In this document: positions 8,684 to 15,578 of the stretch, one piece after another
Layout of the letters: each line of letters starts with the position of its first letter
How positions within the stretch are numbered: the first letter of the stretch is position 1
Sequence record: NC_028248.1
DNA: 64,000 bases
Reading direction: 5' to 3' (one strand)
Origin: Escherichia phage slur16
Notes under the pieces: generated by a model
The model's database searches: none
What the model was told of the DNA's origin: nothing
Seen by the model: only the letters and a program-made list of their open reading frames with translations
Translations under genes and position numbers: made by a program

Positions 8684-9724
8684 ATGTTGACATCTGTTGA
8701 GACAATTGATACGATTTCTTCACTTACAGAGCACGAGAGACGACTCATGAATCTTGAAAAATATTATACACCAGAAGAGTTAGAGCGCTTGCTCAAAAAA
8801 TATAGACGCAAACAGAATAACGCACGGAAACGAGATATAGAGTTCGACCTGTCATGGGAAGAATACCTCCTATTTGGTAAAAAACTTTTAGGGGAGGGGG
8901 TATGCGACTACACCCTTATACCTTTCGACATGCACACAGATGAAAACGGACTGGGAAATCCTTTCTACCCATCTCTGGAGCGGATAGATGATGAAGGTCC
9001 TTACGCAATTGATAATTGTTGTGTGGTAGGGTTGAGGTGCAATGCTCTGAAAGACTGTCTGGTAGATAAAAAGACTGCAATCCTGATTAAAGACAAAACT
9101 GATCGAAAAATTGTCCAGCAGATGATGCTCCACCTGAGCGAAGAGCGTATGGAGAAATTGAAAGGTGATTATACTTTTGAAGATTTCATCTTGCAATACG
9201 GGACAGAAGAAGATAAACTAGCACTATTTGACGAAGAGGAGGAAGATATGTCACCAATGCAGGACTTTAAAAATTTCATGGCTGATCGTGCAGCCAACAA
9301 ACACATTTCAGACATCGTAAACGAGACTGTGGCAGAAGAAATTGAAGAACAGAACTCTGAAGAGGAAAAAGATCCTCAGGAGGTCGAAGAGGAGATTGCA
9401 GAAGAAGTTCCTGCACTGCCTGATGATGTTGAGATTGCTAAGGCTTACACTTTCTATTGTCAAACGTTCTACGATGCAGGTATGAAAGTTGATCTGTCGT
9501 TCAGCCAATTTAAGAGTTCGTATATTCGCAAATGCTGTGCTTTAACTGGTGAACGTCTCGGAGCTGGACTTAAACCACTGTTGGTGACCGACTGGAATAA
9601 AGGTTTCACTAAAGGAAACTTTATGGTAGTATCTCCAATTATGGAGAAAGCTATGACAGATCTTATGAAGACCACCCGCATGACAATGACCGAGTTGGCA
9701 GGTATTTTCAAACACGTTAAATAA
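8684..9724 (+). CDS. hypothetical protein with acidic region
   Basis: ORF 8681..9724 (track start is TTG; first ATG at 8684; alternative start at 8747 downstream of the candidate promoter). Contains a Glu-rich stretch. Confidence 0.5.
   Translation: MLTSVETIDTISSLTEHERRLMNLEKYYTPEELERLLKKYRRKQNNARKRDIEFDLSWEEYLLFGKKLLGEGVCDYTLIPFDMHTDENGLGNPFYPSLERIDDEGPYAIDNCCVVGLRCNALKDCLVDKKTAILIKDKTDRKIVQQMMLHLSEERMEKLKGDYTFEDFILQYGTEEDKLALFDEEEEDMSPMQDFKNFMADRAANKHISDIVNETVAEEIEEQNSEEEKDPQEVEEEIAEEVPALPDDVEIAKAYTFYCQTFYDAGMKVDLSFSQFKSSYIRKCCALTGERLGAGLKPLLVTDWNKGFTKGNFMVVSPIMEKAMTDLMKTTRMTMTELAGIFKHVK
8687..8715 (+). promoter_or_regulatory. sigma70-like promoter candidate for the rightward block
   Basis: -35 TTGACA (8687-8692), 17-nt spacer, -10 TACGAT (8710-8715). 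It lies inside the called N-terminus of the next ORF, so the true start may be the ATG at 8747. Confidence 0.35.
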
Positions 9725-9736
9725 TGACAGGGGCCA

Positions 9737-11218
9737 ATGGCCCCTTCTGGAGTTTTAATGGATAGCAGAAGTTCAGAAATCATTGCCTCACAGAAAGATG
9801 ATGCCCTGAGAATGTTGCAGGCTGCACGTATGTATCTCCTTGAAAAGCTGCCGTTTTATGGCACACTGCTGTCAGGGTTGCAGTTCGTAGAAAACCACAC
9901 ATGGTGCTCCACCATGGCAACCGACCATAAACGCATTTATTACAGCCCTGAGTTCATTATGGGATTGGCTGATGAACGCAAGGCTATTCTTAAGGCTTCT
10001 CTAACTGACGAGCAGTTTGAGATGGCTGAAGTTTTCTATTCCCCAAAATCTGTGAAAGAGGTGGCCTTCCTTCTGTCACATGAGGTGGGGCATATTATCT
10101 GTGATCACCTGGTCCGTGGTAAAAGCTTTGAGCCGGAACTGTTCAATATTGCTTGTGATCACGTTATCAACACAGGTCTTGTGGTTGACTTTAGCAAGCC
10201 TCCTTGTGTTTTCTTCCCGAAGGGGAAAAGCACTACGTTCGTGAAAGGCAAGCCTTTTGGCTTCTTAGCTAACTGCTACTGCGACATGAAGTTTCATGGA
10301 TGGATTGCTGAGAACGTCTATGCAGTTCTTGATAAGCAAAGAGATCAGAATAACGGTAAAAGTAAGAGCGGTAAAGGTGAGAACTCTCAAGGAGATAAGC
10401 GACAAACCGATGATCACATGAGTGGGAACGGTGGCACCAGTGATGATCTTGGAAAGGCTATGGGGTATGATCAGCCACAACCTGTAATCAGCCAATCTGA
10501 TAAAGATCAGGCCATGCAGGACTCTGGCGATATGCTGGAGGCAGCAATGCAAGCGTCCGGAGGTCGTTGCCCTGAGGCGGTTCGTGAGTTTGTCAAGAAT
10601 AGAGGTAAGCCTGTAATCAATTATATAGACATCATCAAGCAGCGTATGTTGTCTAAAAGAAAGGCCGAACTGACCTACAGAAAACCTGGTCGCCGATCTG
10701 GGTCTTTGACCAGCACAATGCGAAAAGTCGGAGCTATAAACAAGAACCAGCACGTTATTGTTCCTGGTCGTAATCCGGAAAACACTATAGATATTGTGGT
10801 GGCTTTAGACGTTTCTGGCTCGATCTCTCAAAGAACTTTAAAGAAAATGTTCAATGAAATCACCGGATTGTGCAATCTGTATAAAGAATTTAAGGTTACA
10901 ATGTTCTGTTGGTCAACTGAGGTTGGAGAGGTTAAAGTATACACTCGCGGCAACATAGACGAAATGATCAACTATGAGGTCCACTCAACATGGGGAACAA
11001 CAGCTGCTTGCGTGTTCGAGTATCTGGATGCCAACATACCAAATGCAAAAGATGTCATCGTCCTGACCGACCTATACTTTGAGCATAACTTTGAACAAAA
11101 GGCTGTTGACAACAAGTGGAAAAAGTACGATACTTTATGGGTTCTAACCGAAGGGTATAATAAAAATTATATCCCTAGCTTTGGTAAAACTGTGGAATTA
11201 ATCGAGTACGCTAAGTAA
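9737..11218 (+). CDS. VWA-domain protein with N-terminal HExxH metallopeptidase-like motif
   Basis: HEVGHIICDH (HExxH) in the N-terminal half; VALDVSGS (DxSGS MIDAS motif) in the C-terminal half. Alternative in-frame start at 9758 with GGAG RBS. Confidence 0.65.
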   Translation: MAPSGVLMDSRSSEIIASQKDDALRMLQAARMYLLEKLPFYGTLLSGLQFVENHTWCSTMATDHKRIYYSPEFIMGLADERKAILKASLTDEQFEMAEVFYSPKSVKEVAFLLSHEVGHIICDHLVRGKSFEPELFNIACDHVINTGLVVDFSKPPCVFFPKGKSTTFVKGKPFGFLANCYCDMKFHGWIAENVYAVLDKQRDQNNGKSKSGKGENSQGDKRQTDDHMSGNGGTSDDLGKAMGYDQPQPVISQSDKDQAMQDSGDMLEAAMQASGGRCPEAVREFVKNRGKPVINYIDIIKQRMLSKRKAELTYRKPGRRSGSLTSTMRKVGAINKNQHVIVPGRNPENTIDIVVALDVSGSISQRTLKKMFNEITGLCNLYKEFKVTMFCWSTEVGEVKVYTRGNIDEMINYEVHSTWGTTAACVFEYLDANIPNAKDVIVLTDLYFEHNFEQKAVDNKWKKYDTLWVLTEGYNKNYIPSFGKTVELIEYAK

Positions 11219-11224
11219 GAGAGG

Positions 11225-11491
11225 ATGTTATTTATGGCAACAGAGGTAGTAATTAAAGCTGAACGCCCAGTTAAAAAAGCTATCAACACGTTCCCTGTGG
11301 GAACCATTGTGAGCATGATCACAGAGTCAGGTCGTGTATCTACGCTGCTGATTGTGAAATCTGCATGTTCTTCTTGTGTGTGGGCTTACGATCTGGACGA
11401 GAAAGAACTAAAAGATTTTGTTGGGGAGCTGAAAGCAACCGAGCTCGATGCTCGTATCGAAGTATTTGGTGAAACTATGGAGGAAGAGTAA
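11225..11491 (+). CDS. small hypothetical protein, paralog 1 of a tandem trio
   Basis: 88 aa; shares an F-x-x-G-x-[IV]-V ... C pattern with the next two ORFs. Confidence 0.45.
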   Translation: MLFMATEVVIKAERPVKKAINTFPVGTIVSMITESGRVSTLLIVKSACSSCVWAYDLDEKELKDFVGELKATELDARIEVFGETMEEE

Positions 11492-11754
11492 TGACCACGA
11501 AAATCACTATTGCAGAACCGAAAGCTAACACTCAACCCATCGAAAAGTTTAAATGCGGTGAGGTGGTAACATTTACGCCAGATAATGAAGATGCTAAGAT
11601 TTTCGCCATGGTCACAGCTGAGTGGATGTGTGACAACACCACACAGGTTCTGCGTTTTGACACCTACCTTACAGATGAAATCAGGAACGATAAGATCGTG
11701 ACTGGTGTAGATACTGAAATTATTTTCTACAAGAGCTTTTTAGAGGGTTTCTAA
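11491..11754 (+). CDS. small hypothetical protein, paralog 2
   Basis: 87 aa; ATGA overlap with the upstream gene; KFKCGEVVTF motif. Confidence 0.45.
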   Translation: MTTKITIAEPKANTQPIEKFKCGEVVTFTPDNEDAKIFAMVTAEWMCDNTTQVLRFDTYLTDEIRNDKIVTGVDTEIIFYKSFLEGF

Positions 11755-11755
11755 T

Positions 11756-11992
11756 ATGGCGAAAATTCGTAAATTATCCAACAATCAGGTTGTTAAAGAT
11801 TTTGAACCCGGGGAGATTCTGTATGTTCGTGATGCAGATGACGAAGGAGAAGATCTTGTTATGCTGCTAGGACACGCTGCTGAGGACGGATGCATCCAGG
11901 CTGTTTTTCTTGAAACAGCTATGGTGCACTGGATAGAGCTGGACATGAAAGCACGAAAACCTAAAGCAGAAATCCTGATTTACGAAGATTAA
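11756..11992 (+). CDS. small hypothetical protein, paralog 3
   Basis: 78 aa; DFEPGEILYV motif. Confidence 0.45.
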   Translation: MAKIRKLSNNQVVKDFEPGEILYVRDADDEGEDLVMLLGHAAEDGCIQAVFLETAMVHWIELDMKARKPKAEILIYED

Positions 11993-12008
11993 CAAAAAGG
12001 AGAGAGCC

Positions 12009-12458
12009 GTGTTGAGCAAACGTGAATGCGACAGCATTAGCCTGAATTCTTATAAGAAACAATGGTTTGGGGTAGAAGTTTGCCGACTGCGGCTAGGCTC
12101 CTACCTGAACTTCGTTTATTACGAGAGCGACAGTCGTATCGTTTCTTATGAAGTGTTCTACACTAAGAACACATTCGAACTGCGCCGTAAAGTAGAGGGA
12201 GGGAGAACTACCACCCAGAATAATTGGGAAACTATTCTGCCTCCAGATGTTATAGGAAGTCCCCTGAATGTATCTGAAGATGAAAATCTTATGGTTCATG
12301 CTATGATGGGACTTGACAGCTTAGAGCTGGCGATCTATGATATGTCCATCGAAGCAGTTAAGCTGGACTACATCGAAAACACTTTAGAGGAAGGTATCAA
12401 GAAGTTTCTCAGTGAGAAATTAAAAGATCACTTTCATAAGGAGCTATACCTGTTATGA
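12009..12458 (+). CDS. hypothetical protein
   Basis: 149-aa ORF, GTG start with AGGAGAG RBS. Confidence 0.4.
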   Translation: MLSKRECDSISLNSYKKQWFGVEVCRLRLGSYLNFVYYESDSRIVSYEVFYTKNTFELRRKVEGGRTTTQNNWETILPPDVIGSPLNVSEDENLMVHAMMGLDSLELAIYDMSIEAVKLDYIENTLEEGIKKFLSEKLKDHFHKELYLL

Positions 12459-12700
12459 AGACCCGTAAAGAACGTAACAAAATTTTACCTGGGGCTCTCG
12501 AACACCTGATGAAGTGCAGATCTATTTGGCACTCTGCCAAGGAAGGGCAGAAGGTGGTTGTGGTTAGTGACAATACCAACCCGTTTGGAGATTATACCAC
12601 CATGATGGCCCCATATGTCCGTGATGGCGTTGTGGAAGTGGTCCCTTACAACGGTCTGCATGAACGTCACTTTGAAAGCACTTTGCTAGTGGAGCTATAG
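12455..12700 (+). CDS. hypothetical protein
   Basis: 81-aa ORF, 4-nt overlap with the upstream gene. Confidence 0.4.
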   Translation: MKTRKERNKILPGALEHLMKCRSIWHSAKEGQKVVVVSDNTNPFGDYTTMMAPYVRDGVVEVVPYNGLHERHFESTLLVEL

Positions 12701-12702
12701 TC

Positions 12703-13269
12703 ATGGCGGTCAATGTGGCTTACAACACAGGAAAGCTTGACAGAGACATTGGGTGTCTTGTCCTTTCAGATACAGAAGAGTATTGGGGTCATGGGTTGCT
12801 GTCAGACCCACACCCGAGCAACCTTGTATCAACAGTGCTATACCGCTACGACCCTGTGCCAACGGTACACGACAAAGACATTCACGACCTTCGGATCAAG
12901 TGTCTGGAAGATCTGCTGAACAATGGTTGCAACGATCTGCGGGTAGCCAAAGAGAAGCTTACAAACATTCACAAAGAGGAAGTGATGAGCACCATCAGTA
13001 AGAGATCAGTGCACAAAAAGATGATGCTGAACTTTGCAATGGGTATCTACATGGACGGGTATAAGGGGGGTGATCCGATTCTCAAGCTTCGCTGCCCAAC
13101 ACTGTGGGAAAGAGTGGTTGACAGTAAGGACGGCACTGCCCTGCTCGAACTCCACACCGCAGGTTGGATTTGGCGGTATGTAGACGGATACCCTCTGTGG
13201 GCATGTGGACCTGGGGAATTTGTTGACAGACCTAGCGCGGTAGTGGACTTGCTATTACAGTTTGAATAA
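12703..13269 (+). CDS. hypothetical protein
   Basis: 188-aa ORF. Confidence 0.45.
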   Translation: MAVNVAYNTGKLDRDIGCLVLSDTEEYWGHGLLSDPHPSNLVSTVLYRYDPVPTVHDKDIHDLRIKCLEDLLNNGCNDLRVAKEKLTNIHKEEVMSTISKRSVHKKMMLNFAMGIYMDGYKGGDPILKLRCPTLWERVVDSKDGTALLELHTAGWIWRYVDGYPLWACGPGEFVDRPSAVVDLLLQFE

Positions 13270-13328
13270 AAGGTGAGTTATAAGGTATTCATGCACCTAC
13301 CAACAACAATACAACAGGAGAGACTGAG

Positions 13329-13604
13329 ATGACGAAAGAAGAGGCCGACGTATTAGATTTTGCACTAGAGGCTACGCAGGAGGCTTTGGTGTTAGCTTGG
13401 AAAATGAACCAGCGTGCTGCAGAATGCAACCGCCGCATCAATGAGATTCTGGGCATGTCTATGTATGATTTTACCATGCATGCCGGAGAGATTCCTGAAT
13501 TAACTGCAGAGATGAATGATCTTGACAATAAAATTAATATCATTCTGAAGACAGCAGAAACAACTCACCAAACCGCCCGTAAATTTATCAACGAGAAGGT
13601 GTGA
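13329..13604 (+). CDS. hypothetical protein
   Basis: 91-aa ORF, helical-looking composition. Confidence 0.4.
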   Translation: MTKEEADVLDFALEATQEALVLAWKMNQRAAECNRRINEILGMSMYDFTMHAGEIPELTAEMNDLDNKINIILKTAETTHQTARKFINEKV

Positions 13605-14071
13605 ATATGGACTACAGCTACTGCGGGGAAGAAGTTCCTTTTAACTACAGCAATCTTACCACGAGCAATCCATATGAGACTCGCCACGGCACGCACATCA
13701 TCGCCATTGACTTTGATGGAACGTTTAATGCGAGCCCTTTCATCTTCTCCCGCCTGATCAGGGATCTGAAGAAAGAGGGGTGGACAGTCTACCTTGTGAC
13801 TTTCCGATTCATTACTCAAGACAATGTAGACATCGAGTATTGGCGCAAGGAGCTCAATGTTGGTGTGTTTTATACTGGTGGTGTTCAGAAGGCAGCCTAT
13901 CTGGCGCAGTTTGATATCTACCCAGATATCTGGATTGATGATTCTCCGGCATGTATTCCGGCTAAGAATCAGTTAGAGTTTGCAATGAAGGAGATCGAGT
14001 ATAAGTCTGAGGCTAAGCGGAACGGATGGCCCTTTATTATTGAAGATTACCCAGATCCTGAACCGGAGTAA
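13601..14071 (+). CDS. HAD-superfamily phosphatase-like protein
   Basis: HIIAIDFDGTF matches HAD motif I (hhhhDxDGT); size ~156 aa. Confidence 0.45.
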   Translation: MNMDYSYCGEEVPFNYSNLTTSNPYETRHGTHIIAIDFDGTFNASPFIFSRLIRDLKKEGWTVYLVTFRFITQDNVDIEYWRKELNVGVFYTGGVQKAAYLAQFDIYPDIWIDDSPACIPAKNQLEFAMKEIEYKSEAKRNGWPFIIEDYPDPEPE

Positions 14072-14076
14072 GAGCC

Positions 14077-14247
14077 ATGAGGCGAAGATATCATTACCTG
14101 ATGTGGAAGTTATATCAAAATGCTGCCAAAGCCTATCATACCATGTTTGGCAATGACGATCACTACATCATGCTACATCTCACCGCTATTGAGCATCACA
14201 ATGAGTGGATTCATGCAATCGTGGCAGGTGATAAAGACTTTAAGTAA
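14077..14247 (+). CDS. small ORF (56 aa) absent from the ORF track
   Basis: ATG at 14077 preceded by GGAG 8 nt upstream; translates to MRRRYHYLMWKLYQNAAKAYHTMFGNDDHYIMLHLTAIEHHNEWIHAIVAGDKDFK; stop at 14245-14247. Confidence 0.35.
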   Translation: MRRRYHYLMWKLYQNAAKAYHTMFGNDDHYIMLHLTAIEHHNEWIHAIVAGDKDFK

Positions 14248-14374
14248 GATATGACTTAAAACGCAACAGGAGCCCCTGCAGCGCACTTAACTCACCGCAG
14301 GTATAAGATTGCATTGCTAGGTAGTTTTGTGCGTCATTTTTAGTTACATAGCTTTCTAGACGGAGACTGATTAA

Positions 14375-14755
14375 ATGTGCAAGTGTAAATCCTATAATTG
14401 GAAAGTGAAAGGTGCCAAGCATCCAAATGTTATCGTTGATGTGCCTAAAAAGCTCCGTGACGGCAAAAAACGTGTGTGCCTTGATAAGTGCATGGTTAAG
14501 CCTATTATGAGTCTATGGGCAGCAGGATTGAAAACTCTAAACTGCTGCTGTGGTCACAACAAAGATGTTCCAAGCATCATTATCCCAGAAGATGCAGACC
14601 CTAAAGCTTATGCCAAAATACTGACCCGCTACCCAAGCACCTTTCTGATCGGAAAATGGTGTCACGATGAACTTCAATGGTGGATAGCGTACGGTAGTGT
14701 AGGTGCTGCTTTTGGCTTCCCAGCTTTGTCAGAGCGCTACGTCAAAGCGTCATAA
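14375..14755 (+). CDS. Cys-rich hypothetical protein
   Basis: 126 aa with MCKCK...C..C...CCCGH clusters suggesting metal binding. Confidence 0.4.
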   Translation: MCKCKSYNWKVKGAKHPNVIVDVPKKLRDGKKRVCLDKCMVKPIMSLWAAGLKTLNCCCGHNKDVPSIIIPEDADPKAYAKILTRYPSTFLIGKWCHDELQWWIAYGSVGAAFGFPALSERYVKAS

Positions 14756-14764
14756 TCTGTTTTA

Positions 14765-14782
14765 AGGCCTCAAACGAGGCCT
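14765..14782 (+). terminator. hairpin (possible attenuator/terminator)
   Basis: AGGCCTC-aaac-GAGGCCT perfect 7-bp stem directly after the stop at 14755; no clear U-tract. Confidence 0.3.
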
Positions 14783-14860
14783 GTGCCTTCATAAATTGCC
14801 CTACCTTATGTGATTACCCTCCTGAACAAAATACCTCCCCAAAATCGTTTAAAATTAAGC

Positions 14861-14889
14861 TTGACCCCAACATCAGATCTATGTATGAT
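14861..14889 (+). promoter_or_regulatory. sigma70-like promoter candidate
   Basis: -35 TTGACC (14861-14866), 17-nt spacer, -10 TATGAT (14884-14889); overlaps the track start (14881) of the next ORF. Confidence 0.4.
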
Positions 14890-14919
14890 TATCTCACCAA
14901 CCAAACAGGGGAGATCGTC

Positions 14920-15327
14920 ATGGATAATCTTGCAAATGTGAACGTCGAAATTGTTAAACTAAAGTTTTTGGGATTTCGAGACCCTAATTCTTTAACAGCC
15001 ATACTAATGGATACCCACTTCACGCCAGGGAAAGAGTACACTGCCTTCCGTTATATTTGCGGAGATCACGAATCAGCTTACAGTGTGAATACAAACCTCG
15101 GCGAGGGATATTTCATCAGAGATATCACAGATCACTTGTGGGGTATGTGGGAGTTGGTGGAGGAAGAGAATAAATCCCTTCCTAAAGAGATTTGGGTGCA
15201 CACCTTCCACACAGGTAAGTTTGGAGGTACGGAACATAAGTCTATCCACTATGATGAAGAAAGTGCCATCAAACAACAAGCTGTGCTTGGTGGATCTATA
15301 GAAAAATTTGTTAAATGCGAGGACTGA
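14920..15327 (+). CDS. hypothetical protein
   Basis: ORF 14881..15327, start moved to ATG at 14920 which follows the promoter candidate and an AGGGGAGA RBS. Confidence 0.45.
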   Translation: MDNLANVNVEIVKLKFLGFRDPNSLTAILMDTHFTPGKEYTAFRYICGDHESAYSVNTNLGEGYFIRDITDHLWGMWELVEEENKSLPKEIWVHTFHTGKFGGTEHKSIHYDEESAIKQQAVLGGSIEKFVKCED

Positions 15328-15330
15328 GAA

Positions 15331-15531
15331 ATGGCTGATTTTTGTAAAGATTGCTCTGAAGAGTTGTTTGGCTTTGACTGCAAAGATTTGGAAGGTCTGA
15401 TCACTGAGGATCAGTGGAAGGAAGGCTATGCAGCACCTGTTATTTGTGAAGGTTGTGGCTATACCTATGTTGACCATAAAGGTAAGCGCGTCAAGCCGTC
15501 TGAAGATGGGGCATGTTGGGAGTATTACTAA
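15331..15531 (+). CDS. small zinc-ribbon-like protein
   Basis: 66 aa with CKDC...C...CEGC spacing typical of a CxxC..CxxC zinc ribbon. Confidence 0.4.
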   Translation: MADFCKDCSEELFGFDCKDLEGLITEDQWKEGYAAPVICEGCGYTYVDHKGKRVKPSEDGACWEYY

Positions 15532-15541
15532 CTATAAAAAG

Positions 15542-15563
15542 AAAGGGGCCGTTTGGCCCCTTT
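15542..15563. terminator. bidirectional rho-independent terminator
   Basis: AAAGGGGCC-gttt-GGCCCCTTT hairpin with T-runs on both sides, between the convergent genes ending at 15531 (+) and 15579 (-). Confidence 0.65.
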
Positions 15564-15578
15564 TTATTTACCCCCTTG

